DNA of 64,000 nt from Macrostomum lignano (Eukaryota): assembly GCA_002269645.1 (NCBI GenBank), contig NIVC01002448.1, positions 1-64,000 on the forward strand. Reading direction: 5' to 3'. The translations under genes and the position numbers were made by a program. The first letter of the stretch is position 1; each line of letters starts with the position of its first letter. Below, piece after piece: positions 25,321 to 38,930 of the stretch. The notes beneath the pieces are model-generated. The model did not search any database, was not told the origin of the DNA, and saw only the letters and a program-made list of their open reading frames with translations.

Positions 25321-27388
25321 CAGAAGGCCGGGCCTAATAAAGGGTTTTTGGGCTGCACTAAACTCTCTAAGATGTACGTATTTTACGTGAGAGCAGCTCC
25401 GGTGTCTACATACATTACCGCCATCATAGATGCAAATAAAAAGGCAAATTATTTTTTAACAGAGATGGTAAGCAAATGAAGAATCCGTGACTTCATCTGA
25501 TGTACGGGTACACAGAATGGACCTTGCTCCCCTAACCCGACATCAACTGGCCCAAGAGGTAGTGGTTGGGGCACCCATCAAGAGTCAGTGGCGCCTACCA
25601 AGACACCAAATATTGGGACCCTTTAGGGTTGCGAGGTCTCTAGTTACCTATTAAATTCCTACGTACGCCATTGCGCTTGTTGTGAGACTTTCAGCATCAG
25701 TAGCTCTCCACCACGTTGTACTTTCCAGAGCTTCGGACTCACTGTCAATTCCTGTTTGGTCCAAAAAGCCATCCCAGCACGCCACAAAATTAAACAAAAT
25801 CGATGCATAAACACGCTGGGAAGTGCATACTTGGCTCGTTGCAGCTTAATAACGAAATGTCGTGTTTGACATTCCGTGTTGGACGGACACCAAGGCTTAT
25901 ACTCAAGCAGACAGCTAGAAATGCAGAAGACCGCTCAGAGCAGCTCAGCAGTAAATGCGTCTGACACGTCGGTAAAAACCACTTTCGATTCCGTGTGCGG
26001 CCCAAATTCATGTGGTTCTTGTGCACAAAAATTTGCCGGAGGTTGTCGAGCGATTGACAGCCACAATGAGGGCCAACCCCCAGGACACAGAGAGTGTACA
26101 TGCTTGACAAAGAGAAGGCCAGGGCCGCCGTACACCTGTGAGAGGGTGTGCATTATTGTAATGTGCTATGTGCCTGCGTCCAGTGTTGGCGTACTTGCAT
26201 GTGCTCACAGTCGTTTCATAATTATTTTACCATTATTTTACAGGCAGGACAGGTTGAAAATGCAGACAGATGGAAATACAGGAAATTTGAAATGCAGACA
26301 GGTGGAAAGTCAGACAGCTGTAGAAGCAATTTTGCAATTTCGGCCTGCAAATTATCAGGAAAATCGAGGCATACAAAAGGAAATATAAAAGATGGGGATG
26401 CAGGTGGGCCAGTCCGGCTGCTGACAAAAAAGCGTCTGTCCGAGTGTGTTGCGGGTTTAATTAAAAAATCGGGGCTTGTCAGGAAACTCAGTATACCTCT
26501 CTCTTGTTCAGTCCGTGTGTGCTGGGCGAGCCATGGCCGAGTGAAACGTGACAGCTCAACCTGGTTGACAGTCAAGCCAACTCTAAGCACGAGTTTGAGC
26601 ATTCAAATTTCAATTGAGAAGTTTGCATTATGGACCTCCCACAAGACACACCGCCACAGTTCACAGTGTGAGGCCTCTTCTTCTTTAACCCCTCTACTCT
26701 CTCTGCAGGTGGATTGTTTGCTCAGCGCGAGCTCAAAACTCTTCTACACTTTCTCCTCTTCTTTACGGTTTTTCTTGCCGAGAAAACAGGGTCGACACGT
26801 TTTTCACTAAGAAAAGCGTCCCGGCGCGTGTGAGCAGTTTGCCAGCAGAACTGAGCCTAAATACACTCGGCTGGTGAGGAGGGAAGCCTCGGTTGAGTTC
26901 TTTATAGCGTTTGGTAAAAAAAGAAACTTGAGAGAGCGGAAGTCGGGCGGCAGTGGCTGAAAACTGCAGCCTCGATGCTGCCTTGAGCTGAGCAGCCCCA
27001 GAGGAAGAAAGCAGGAAGAGGAGGCAGGGGTTCAAGAATACTCGTATGAGCATATACGCTTACCAAATATATGATCGGAAGGCTGATACGACGGTGCACA
27101 GTGGATGAAGGCAGAGTATAGAATTGCTATTGAACTTGCATGAACTATATGCGGGTCTCCGAGGCTGATGGGCCTGCCAGAACAATCGTGATTGATTCGT
27201 CTGGCCGCAACTCCAGGAAATGTCGTATACTGCAGGTAACAAAGGTGGAAGATTACCGATCCCGGCGGCAACAAGCCTGAGCAAACAATGGCTAGCAGGT
27301 CTGACGGAGATTCGAGTAATGTTGAGACATGATTAAATGGGCAGAACAGACTGAGTCTGGGAACTTTTAACTGTTTTGAGCTTTTGGA

Positions 27389-27790
27389 GTGACAGCTCGG
27401 GGTGACAGCTCGGGGTGACAGCTCAGGGTGACAGCTCAGGGTGACATCTCGGGGTGACATCTCGGGGTGACAGCTCGGGGTGACATCTCGGGGTGACATC
27501 TCGGGGTGACATCTCGGGGTGACATCTCGGGGTGACATCTCGGGGTGACATCTCGGGGTGACATCTCGGGGTGACAGCTCGGGGTGACAGCTCAGGGTGA
27601 CAGCTCAGGGTGACAGCTCAGGGTGACAGCTCAGGGTGACAGCTCAGGGTGACAGCTCAGGGTGACAGCTCAGGATGACAGCTCAGGGTGACAGCTCAGG
27701 GTGACAGCTTACTGTGACAGCTTAGGGTGACAGCTCAGGGTGACAGCTTAGGGTGGCAGCTCACGGTGACAGCTTAGGGCGACAGCTCAA
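27389..27790 (+). repeat. Tandem array, 13-bp unit GGGGTGACATCTC / AGGGTGACAGCTC, ~30 copies
   Basis: Visible periodicity, with variants arranged in blocks. Confidence 0.95.
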
Positions 27791-29904
27791 AGATCTTAGA
27801 AGCGCCATAAGGGGCGCCAAACCTGACGTAAAAGCCTGACCTATTGTTGGGGGAGGGGGGCCGCGACCCCCATGCCCCCAGGACACATATGTACATGTAG
27901 ATCATGTGCGTTGAACCCAAATTGCGTGCCTTAATCTGGTGAGATGCGCTCATTGATCTGGTGCCCGAAGCCTGCTTTTGCTCCAAGAGACAGCGCTTGT
28001 TGGGCGGCGAGCGTGGGAAAATCATGCCTGAATTTCATGCTACTCATAGTATGCTTGTAGCCAGGCGCTAAAAGATCATTAATAAGACACTACTAATAAA
28101 ACACAGAGCGAAATTGTTAGTCAACTTTAAGTAAAGAATTTTTTTCTCTGAAAATTTTCCTAAAAACTTACAAGCACAACGTGCTCCATTTTCTTCGAAA
28201 AAATCATAAAACTGAAAATCCGAGATGAAATCTGAACGTGGCGCAGGTGCTCGCCAGAAAAAAATATTCGCCAGAATTAAAAAAGTCTTTTCAGATGCTG
28301 CTGGCTTGCATCCAGTCACCAAGAGTCTCAAAGAGGGCTGTGAAATTTTGTGACTGGTCCAAAACAGCTGATGAAAAATATTCTACTTTTATCATGGTTT
28401 AGGGAAGCAGAAATGACGCAAACACGTCTCTAGTTTACGCATGAATAATTGTAGGGAAAACATTTTTAATAATTCTCGTCTGTAGCAAAACCATGTGCGG
28501 TTGAAAAAGAGTCAACTTCGTCTCGATCTATCCCCCGTTCTCGAATTTACAGCGTCTTGGCAGAGCTCCTCAGCTCCTTTCTCTGCGGCCGGCAGCAACT
28601 CTGATGAGCTGGCGTTCTTCTCCCGCCGGTCAGTCCCGTCCAAAACCCAGCGAGCCGTGTCATGAGGGGGGCATGGGAGAGAGCGGAGTCTGCGCGAATA
28701 TGATGAACTCTGCTAAATACGACGGCTGCGACTCGGCTGCATGGGAGATCGAGATGAGTCGGCCACGCTTCGGTGAGCTTCGAAGTGAGCTCGAACTCTT
28801 GAATAGCTACTGGCTCATGGGAGAGGAGATTCGGACGTTTATAGTGATGATGGTAAGGGCTACTGCTGCACTTTTACTTGCTGAGTTAGTTTGCAAAGTT
28901 TCCTTAAGTGTCGTGCTAGCCATATTCGTGGCTGTCGTCTCACTCCTCTCCACCACTCTCCAGTTAGCCAATATCGACACACAAATATAGTTTATTGTCT
29001 GTTAGTGTTGGTGCGTTTGAGCACTGCAATTCTCAATCCAGGAGTTTCCTTTTGTCGCATGTTGTCTTTTTTACTGTTGATAGAACTCGAAGTCTAGAAA
29101 CATCACTGATAATAATTGTCCACCGTCAAGTTTGATTGAGAGGTCGTGAAGCCAGTTGGACGTGTAAATACTCAACATGCCTGGTGCAACTCACAACAAT
29201 TGTTTCCTCAAAAAACCGAAATTGAGTCACCAACAACGTGTGTTATAGTTTTAGTGTAATTGCAGAATTAAAATTATTTTTTTTAATCTTAAAATTTGAA
29301 TATTTTGCTTCAGTTTACTATTGCGGTATTTCAGCCAAAAAGTCTAGCGAAGAAATAATTTTTCACTTCTATCAACATTGGTATTGGATTGGTAAACTAC
29401 ATGTATATGAGTTTATGGCTATATAAATGCACAAAATATACTACTGAAACTGGAATGCTAGTAGACATCAAAGAATAAATAATAGTTAGCTCGTATAGAG
29501 TCATTGCTAATCCAAAATAGAATATATTTGTTATAATTAGAATTATTTTTCAAAATACGAGTTACAGTCGAAAACGCAGTTAACAACATGTAAGCGGCGA
29601 GTTGCAAATACTACTAATATTCGATGGGATGGCAAAACAAGCTGTTCATTATATTTCTACTTGAAAAACCAGCAGTAGATAATAGCAAGCAGGCAAAATT
29701 GCCTGAATGATGCGCCATAAGGAATTTATCTCAGTACAGACAACAGCTGCTTACTAAACTGAAGTAAATTTTCACCAAATGCAAAAATTCCATCGAAAGC
29801 GAGAGATACCCCAGTGCTGGGCAGTGTTTATTAATGCTTCGTTAACTGTCAATGGTTAATAAGCGTTGACTCGCAAAAGTTGAAGTAGTTTTTATCACCT
29901 CAGG

Positions 29905-30840
29905 AATGGCACCCCTGTAATGGCACCCCTGTAATGGCACCCCTGTAATGGCAACCCTGTAATGGCACCCCTGTAATGGCACCCCTGTAATGGCACCCCT
30001 GTAATGGCACCCCTGTAATGGCACCCATGGAATGGCACCCCTGTAATGGCACCCCTGTAATGGCACCCCTGTAATGGCACCCCTGTAATGGCACCCATGG
30101 AATGGCACCCCTGTAATGGCACCCCTGTAATGGCACCCCTGTAATGGCACCCCTGTAATGGCACCCCTGTAATGGCACCCCTGTAATGGCACCCCTGTAA
30201 TGGCACCCCTGTAATGGCACCCCTGTAATGGCACCCCTGTAATGGCACCCATGGAATGGCACCCCTGTAATGGCACCCCTGTAATGGCACCCATGGAATG
30301 GCACCCCTGGAATGGCACCCCTGTAATGGCACCCCAGTAATGGCACCCCTGTAATGGCACCCCTGTAATGGCACCCATGGAATGGCACCCCTGGAATGGC
30401 ACCCCTGTAATGGCACCCCTGTAATGGCACCCCTGTAATGGCACCCCTGTAATGGCACCCCTGTAATGGCACCCCTGTAATGGCACCCATGGAATGGCAC
30501 CCCTGTAATGGCACCCCTGTAATGGCACCCCTGTAATGGCACCCATGGAATGGCACCCATGGAATGGCACCCCTGGAATGGCACCCCTGTAATGGCACCC
30601 CTGTAATGGCACCCCTGTAATGGCACCCCTGTAATGGCACCCCTGTAATGGCACCCATGGAATGGCACCCCTGTAATGGCACCCCTGTAATGGCACCCCT
30701 GTAATGGCACCCATGGAATGGCACCCATGGAATGGCACCCCTGGAATGGCACCCCTGTAATGGCACCCCTGTAATGGCACCCCTGTAATGGCACCCCTGT
30801 AATGGCACCCATATAATGGCACCCATGAAATGGCACCCCT
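29905..30840 (+). repeat. Tandem array, 14-bp unit TGGCACCCCTGTAA, ~66 copies
   Basis: 14-bp period. Variant TGGCACCCATGGAA is interspersed. Confidence 0.97.
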
Positions 30841-31726
30841 AAAATGCCGAACCCCTAAATAAGAATATCTAGGTGTCATTGATTCAAAAACACGAATTAG
30901 CTTTTGGAGGATGCAATTTGATGTCCGCACTGAGGCGCAGTGCTGATTGACGCACAGGCTGTATTGAAGCTCTTACACCATGCATGAGAGTAGCAGCTCT
31001 TCTGGTAGCATCGTTGAATATCTCGCCGGTCAGTGGGCTTGGCGAATTGATTCTTGTTTGAAAAGATGCTCAAGAAAACATTAATCCGTGTCCTTAATTT
31101 TTGTGCATAGCCGGGTTGCTCCGTTCCGATGCTAGCAAAAGTGCAAGCGTACTATCATTTCAAAAATAGACGTGGCGTGTTTCAGTTCCAGTTCCAATGA
31201 GGAACTTCCACAGTAGGGAAAACAAATATAATAGCTTCAGCTTTTAAAACGCACATTTTTGTTTCTGCTTTTTCGACTCATAATAGCCTACCTTGAGTAC
31301 CGTGAGTACGCAAAGCAAAATTAAAAGGGAACTTCAATAAGCTACATGTACAGAGAACATGTACTCTCCAAACTATCAATCTCTCCTCCGCCAAATATCT
31401 TCATTTCTAAATCCCTCTCTAAAAATAGCACTTGCATCTCTTGTTAGAAAAATAAGGAACGTCGTGGATCTACTAGCGTATAAAACGGGGTGGGCACTGA
31501 TTCAATTGGGCAATTGAAGCGCGCTTTTAACTTTGGTTAAATGGTGCGCTTCTGAAGACTCTAAAATCAGCATAGAATCGCCTGCACAGTCGGTGAGTTC
31601 GGCAGAATTTGCTTCTGCATTGCTGCTTTAAGTGTGGCACATTGCTCCACTATGAAACAATTACCCCTTGTTTTTACTGGTGATGGAAATCCCAACTATA
31701 AACAGCCTACTGTTTAGAGTAAACAG

Positions 31727-32465
31727 CCCTCAACTCATAGACAACCCCCAACTCATAGAAAGCCCTCAACTCATAGACAGCCTCCAACTTAAAGACAGCC
31801 CCAACTCATAGACAACCCCAACTCATAGGCAGCCCCAACTCATAGACAACCCCCAACTCATAGGCAGCCCCCAACTCATAGACAGCCCTCAACTCATAGA
31901 CAGCCTCCAACTTAAAGACAGCCCCAACTCATAGACAACCCCCAACTCATAGACAGCCCCAACACATAGACAGCCCCAACTCATAGACAGCCCCCAACTC
32001 ATAGACAGCCCCAACTCATAGACAGCCCTCAACTCATAGACAAACCCCAAATCATAGACAGCCCCCAACTCTTAGACAACCCCCAACTCATAGACAGCCC
32101 CCAACTCATTTACAGCCCCCAACTCATAGACAACCCCCAACTCATAGACAGCCCCCAACTCATAGTCAGCCCCCAACTCATAGTCAGCCCCCAACTCATA
32201 GACAGCCCTCAACTCATAGACAGCCCCCAACTCATAGTCAGCCCCCAACTCAGAGACAACCCCCAACTCATAGACAGCCCCCAACTCATAGACAGCCCCC
32301 AACTCATAGACAGCCCTCAACTCATAGACAGCCCCCAACTCATAGACAACCCCCAACTCATAGACAGCCCCCAACTCATAGACAGCCCTCAACTCAAAGA
32401 CAGCCCCCAACTCATAGACAACCCCCAACTCAAAGACAGCCCCCAACTCATAGACAGCCCCAATA
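31727..32465 (+). repeat. Tandem array, 17-18-bp unit CCCCCAACTCATAGACAG, ~40 copies
   Basis: Visible periodicity. Confidence 0.95.
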
Positions 32466-32814
32466 CAGAGACAGAATTTCATTCATGTGCTTTGCTCGGC
32501 TGTGTGGGCAACTCGGCTCGAATTTTTGTGGTGTTGATTGCTTTTACATCCTTTCTTTATTTTGACATGACGTCAAGAAATTTGCTTAAAAGATTGATGC
32601 AACCGTTTCTCGCTCACCCATTTCGTTTCGTTTCGTTCGCTTCCCTTTGCCTCTTCTTGGCCCAGTTGGCTACAAAAAAATCGGCATATCCCCGATGACC
32701 TAAAAAAATATAGAACGGCTTTGCCGTACGTAACATAATTTAATAGCATGAGTTACGAAGTAAATTGTAAGAAAAATTGACAAATGCGTTTCTCACTTCA
32801 GGTAGACAGTCACA

Positions 32815-34763
32815 ATGAGTCAAAAAGTCAAGCCAAATTCTGTGGATAAACTAAAATATGAATTGCTGCTTTCTTCGCGGAAGCTCAGCGATGCAGAGCC
32901 AGTTGAGTACGAACTGCAAATGGACCAGACAGCATGCGATGAGAAATACCAGGTTCGGAAAATGGAGCTCGGTCGCAAAGATCCAACTTCAGCTGTTGAA
33001 GAGAAGGTGATCATGATGGTTGGTGAAACTGGGTCGCTGATTAATTCAATGGTCAACTACAACTTTGGACTGAAGTTCGAAGACAATTATCGCTTCAGTA
33101 TTAGCCCCGATTCCAAGGAAAAAAGCCAGCAGAAGTCTCATTCAAAAAGCCAGACACAGTGGGTCACCTCCTATACATTTCATCACCGCGAGGGCTGCCA
33201 GCAGCCATTCACTCTGACGCTGTTGGACACTCCTGGGTTCGGTGACACTGGCGGCATCGTGAAGAAGAAGAAGAAGAAGAAGATTGTAGCTCGAATTCGG
33301 GAGTTCTTTTCTTCTCCAGCTGGCGTCGATCATCTGGACGCTGTGGGCTTCGTGGTGCCGTCTGGTGTCACCAGGCTGACATCGACCAGCGATCCGTCTA
33401 TGACGCGATAATTTCCCTCTTTGGGAAGGACATTGGCGATAACATCTTTGTCATGATCACTTCCGCCGACGCTAGCGTCCCACCGGTACTGGAGTCGCTC
33501 AAAGAAGCGGGTATCGTGTACAAGTCGCACACCAAGTTCAACAATTCGGCTGTGTTTGCCAAAAGCCACGAAATGGATTCCAAGAGCCAGATGTTCAACA
33601 AGATGTTCTGGGACGTGGGAATGCAGAGCTTTAAGGACTTCTTTTCTCAGTTAAACAAGACAGAGGCCAAAAGTCTGACTCTAACAAAAGACGTTCTGAC
33701 TGAGCGTCAGAGATTGCAAACTCACTTAATTGCCATCAAGAACGAGATCCACTTAGGTATCAGCGCTCTTAACCAACTGGAGCGTGAGATAGATGTAATA
33801 AAAAGTCATCGAAAAGATCTGAACCGGAACAAGAACTTCACCTACACGGTTGTTGAGGAAAATAGGGTAGAAGAAGCTATTCCTCCAGGACATTACATCA
33901 CAAACTGTCTGAACTGCAACCGAACCTGTCACTATCCTTGTGCTATTCCGGTAGACAGTGACAAAGCAGGCTGTGTTGCAATGTCTGATGGCATATGCCG
34001 CGAATGCCCAGGGCACTGTGTGTGGTCGGTGCACAAGAACAGGCAAAATCGGTTCATTTTTGTACGGGAATCCGTCACGAAGACTTCGGAAGAGTTGAAG
34101 AACCGCTACACCGATGCGCAGGGCAAGCTGTTGACAGCCAGCCAGTTAGCGGAAAAAGTCTACGGAGATTATCTGCAAACCGAAGCCAAAGTGATGCAGC
34201 TGATTAGCGAGAGCACAAAGTGCCTTAAGAGACTGCATGAGATTGCTCTGAAGCCTGATCCGCTGAGTGAGGTGGACTACATTGACAAGCTGATTGAGGC
34301 GGAGGACATGAATAAGCGTGAAGGATACCCTGAGCGAATCCAGCAGCTTAGGGATATTAGAGAGCTCGCGGCCCGTGCAGAGAACTTGAAGAAAGATGAA
34401 CTGATGCAGGTGCTGCTGCAGAACGAGACGAGAGTGTACCAGAAGTACAAGGATTTTTTCCAGAAGCCGAAAGCCTCTCTGTTGTCTCAAGCCGGGTCAT
34501 GGTTCAAGTCCAAGCGGCCAGGTGGTTCAAGTTCACGAGACGAGAGTGTACCAGAAGTACAAGGATTTCTTCCAGAAGCCAAAAGCCTCTCTGTTTTCTC
34601 ACGCCGTGTCATGATTAAAGTCCAAGCTGCCAAGTGGTTCAAGTTCACGAGACGAGAGTGTACCAGAAGTACAAGGACTTCCTCCAGAAGCCGACAGCCC
34701 CTCTGTTGTCTCAAGCCACTAGCTTGCTGCCATTGTTCAAATCCTAAGGTGGGAATTTCGTAG
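32815..34763 (+). pseudogene. Septin/AIG1-like GTPase + Cys-rich + coiled-coil paralog with P-loop deletion and one frameshift
   Basis: ATG 32815 follows an acceptor at 32801. The P-loop reads VGETGSLINS (GKST missing). G3 DTPGFGD is intact. A 1-nt loss at ~33387 (ACC^AG) separates RLTST from the QRSVYDAIISLFGKDI frame. Cys motif CLNCNRTCHYPC..CRECPGHCVWSVH is homologous to the 4186-8905 protein. Confidence 0.7.
34424..34717 (+). repeat. Triplicated 112-bp unit at the 3' end of the GTPase paralog
   Basis: CGAGACGAGAGTGTACCAGAAGTACAAGGA starts at 34424, 34536 and 34648. Confidence 0.9.
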
Positions 34764-36589
34764 CACTCGGTTGTTAAAGTGAAGACTGTGTTTTCGGTGT
34801 AACGGAACTGGTTCTTGTTTTTACATCTGGCATGTTTTTTTCCTTTTACAAAAATCTGGTCTTAAAAAAAAGCAATGTATATTTTACTTGAACTTCACTT
34901 TTTTCTAGGGTACCTGATGTCTAAGCCAAGGCAACTAGAATCATATCTTTTTAGTACAACTACACGTTTCACAAACATCTTTTCCTACTTAATTTGGCTG
35001 CTTAATCTAAGAAACTAAAATTTAATGCTACAATACTCTAATTTTACTACGAGTACTACGTACTAATATCCTATGTCGCTACTATACGTTCTACTATTCA
35101 CTACCCAGTTACTATAAGCTCTTTTTGTTTACTGTATCCATATTATTTAACTGTATCCTCTTTAATTGCGTATTCAGAAACCAAGAAAAGCAAAATTTTT
35201 ATATAGGCGTAAAAATTTGGCATGTGTAAAATCTTGACAGGTGTAAAATCTTGGCACTTGTACTTGTAAAATCTTGGTGCGAGTTGACCTTCGCCAAATA
35301 TATTGATATCACTCGGTACAAGAAAGTTTCTTAATTAGCACAACTGCAAAGATGTATTCTACAAACAATAAGTGATTAGGAGGCTTACTAAAAATCGAAG
35401 GAGCTGTTCGGAAGTCTTATATTACGCTTTTCTTGCGTTTGTGATTTAATGTAACACCTTGTTTTTTATTCAAGCTTGTTTCTCTTGTTTTTGTTTCTAG
35501 CATGTTTTTCATATTTTGTTTCTACACAATTTTGTTTCAGTTTGTTTATGTTTGTTTGTTTCTTGTTTGTCTCTTTCTGCTGAACAAAAATATTTATCCT
35601 GCTCTGCCTTATTCGCGCGGTGTTTCACATAACCAGAATATTATGTTTTATACGAGCGTACGAGTACTTTAAGTTCATAACGATTACTATTTTATCCTCA
35701 GTAGTCTCTCGCAAATATTTATCCAGCTAAGAGGTTAAATTAAGTCTGTTGCTTCTGTTATATTTTTGCTGTGTTTTATTATTTTACTCAATGTTTTCAT
35801 AACGAATTAGAGGACGAAATGAAGTTGGCTATATAAATTAACTGCTTTAAAATCTATCCAATAAGTTAACGAGTTAATGTATCCAGTAGACAGCAGTGAA
35901 TTGACTATTTTATTGGCTGAACTACTACCTTTTTTCCAATATCCTTGCGTCCAACTTTCCTCAAATATATTTGATTACATCTATCAAGCTTGTTCAATAC
36001 ACTTGGCTTATTTTTTATGCCGGCACTACGTACGAGTACTAAGATCGTACTAAGCTTTGAGTAAGCTTTAGGTTTTTGTGTTATTGCGTCACAATCGTAT
36101 GCAACTGTACCTACGGTAGACCAAGGTCTAAATTTTTTTATTTAAATTCAGATTGAGTTTTCAAAAGTTTAAATGCTAAACATGCATGCAGTACGGTGTC
36201 TTGCACTTTCGTTGAAGGAGTCACTGCAGTTCTGAATTTTTGCCGTGAGCTGTCTGCAGTCTGCAGCTGAAGGAGAAAAGCTGGTTTGGTGAAACCAATT
36301 TTCACAGATTGGAGGTTGCTGGTTGGCTGAGGATCAGCTATTATCGCTACCTTTTAAGCTTAACCTGCTTGTTTCTTGCTTTTCAACGGATAAATAAATA
36401 TATGGCTAAATCGATCGTACAGAGCCTACTATGATTGGAGGCTTTTCAGCTACACTTACTGATACGATAGCAAAGCATCAAACTGCAAACTCATAAAATG
36501 AGCACACGGCTACATTCAGATTAAAAACTTCAAACTTCATTCCTTCAAGAAACTAAACTGATATTTCTTTCTTGCCCTTCCTGCATTTT

Positions 36590-38930
36590 TCAATTTATCT
36601 GAAAAAGAACTGGCAGCTTGCAAACAAACAACTAGACTCATAGAATACTGCTTGTACTGTGCTTATTGGCGCCGCTCTGTCCCAATGCGCCTGCAGATAT
36701 GCAACTGACGACGAAAAAGCATAATCACTTGATTGGCCTCTGAAAAACTGCCTTGCCAAAGCCTTGGAAAGCAGGATCTTGTGGGTCAACCCCGTTCAGC
36801 TTTAAGTATACGATAGCTTGAACAACCCTGAGCTGAAGCAATCTCAAGGACCAACAGCCAACTGCAGCAAAGCTTCGGCACTGGTACAGCGGCTACACAA
36901 GCTGCTCTCTGACGAGCAAGCTGAGAGCAACCAAGCAGCTCATTCATGGACTCTTTGTCAGCCTTCACGAGCGAGCTGTACAGAGCTGCAGGACGCAAAT
37001 TGAAGCAAACAGCTAGAACAGAGGAGGTTAAGCATTCATTTTAAAGGCATTACTTCCGACCGGCGCTGCTGAACTGCTGGAGCAACTGTGCAGCGTTGAG
37101 CGATGAGACGGGCATCTGCAGATGGAGAATTTTCTTGCGACAGTTTGTTAAAACTGGCGTCGATACCATGTTTACTGTCAGAGGGGGAAACAGCTTCAAA
37201 CAGTTTGGTGAACTCAACTTCAACTTTTTAATTTTTGTGACCTCCAAATGCAAATCCAAAATAAGAGAAATATTTGCAAAGTTAGACTTAATGACAGACG
37301 AGTCCATCATTATTGAAATTTATAGAAAGTTGGCCTAGTAGATCAGCGGATTGTTCGTCAAGCACAGCATCTCGTTGTCTGTTCAGCTGAACGTGAGCAG
37401 ACTGTCCACAGTGCAACATCTCTGTTGTCTTCAATTGACAACTATAACGCTTGGACTCGCGACTGCGGCCCCCCCATCCGGTACCGCAGTCGCCACAACG
37501 AGTATCCAAAAGACGGCTCGCCCTCTCGGATGCAGAATCTCAGCGATTGCTGCAGCAACCAGACTGAGGTTTCTTTTTCTTGGCCGAAGCTCGTCAGCGC
37601 TCTGAAAGGCGACTCAAATTACACTCGACTCGACCCACCTGTGTTTTTGAACCCCGAGAGAACACATGTACTGGTAAAATACTTTGCAAATTGTTTTAAC
37701 TGACACTTGACCAGAAAATTTCGATGACCAAAGTTTCGAAACTATATTTTGCTAGACTGGTTAGAAAGTGGTTCGAAAGCTTCTTTCTCTCTGAAAATCT
37801 TCGGTGGAACTTTTCGGAACTCTAAGAACTGACTTCACCTAACTATGGACTTTATGAGTCCACCTGACCCCTGTGCTGAAAAAATAAAAAGCTAAATTTT
37901 CGAGACGATTAATTCAAGAGAGTAAATAAACGAAAGTTATTTGTCTGCCAAATTTATACACAGTTATATATTCGATTCCATTCACCTTGTTGCTGGTTTT
38001 AATGAGCTCGCTGAGCATGAGCTGCAAAGGATTTATGAGCCTGTTCTGCAAGACTATCGACATCACAAAGAACTGCAGGAGTCGCAAGGATCGAGAGACA
38101 TACTCGATTTCGGGAACAATGCTCAGACTGTCGCGAATCGCGCAGTGGAAAGCGGACCTGCACAGGTTCTGCAAGAGGTACCCGAGTCCCAAGGCGTTTT
38201 TCAGGTATCCGGGAAGCTGGTGGGCTTCATCTAATTATAGCAGAGTGCGAAATACTTTGCCTCACCGTGACTCACTCTTCTCACAAACTCGAGACGAAAT
38301 GGAGCTGTTAAAGTTTGTCCACCTGCCGGTGTCCGCTCTGGCGCTACCGCTGTACGACAGCGCGAAGCCGGACCTGATCAATTTTGCCAGCCTGGCGCTG
38401 TACCTCACCAATGCAATGCAAGTATGAAAGATATGGATAACAAACATTCCGTACTCCAGACTGGACGGAACAAAGAAGTCTAAGACTAAAGCCTCTCAAT
38501 TCTAAGGCCAAGCAGCAGCTGATTCTGGACCTGCTGATGGTGGATGTCGCCACGGAGGCATTCAAGTCATTCTATTTCTCCGAACTGCAAGCAAGGCAGG
38601 AGCTCAGCAGCTTCTGCAACACCAGCCTGTGGTGAATCATGTGGCAAATTGCGTTGATGACAAATCGTGCTGTTTTTTGCCGTATCAACTACTCAGAAAT
38701 AGTTATCTCAGCGATAAATGATTAAATTTGTTAGAATACACGAATGCTCATCTTGACCAGGAGATCGGCTTTGGCGAAGAGTTTCGACCACGCGTTCCTC
38801 CACAATCGCGATTTCAACCGAATCGCCAGAAACATTCTGAAGTCCAATGCGAGCAGCCCCAACCATGACAACTGGGAATCTGTGCTCATTCTGGGTCGAC
38901 TTTTTTATTTTGGAAGCTTTGAAAGCTGTA
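36590..38930 (+). pseudogene. Fragmented coding-like region of unknown family
   Basis: Several GC-richer stretches give protein-like text on the + strand (36800-37000, 37340-37670, 37990-38450, 38500-38635, 38740-38900) but are broken by stops and frame changes. No recognisable motif. Confidence 0.3.

Noticed and set aside
25876-26810. Overlapping 170- and 220-aa plus-strand ORFs
   Set aside because: No recognisable domain, splice logic or codon style matching the real genes.
28600-28990. Minus-strand LTIITINVR...IQE, resembling the start of an AP-endonuclease of a LINE
   Set aside because: The motifs lie in different frames and no further endonuclease or RT motifs are visible. Too weak.
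29842-30930. Three long minus-strand ORFs (308-362 aa, GAITGVPLQGCHYR repeats)
   Set aside because: Artefact of a stop-free 14-bp satellite, open in all three frames.
32072-32482. 136-aa YELGAV-repeat ORF
   Set aside because: Translation of the 18-bp satellite.
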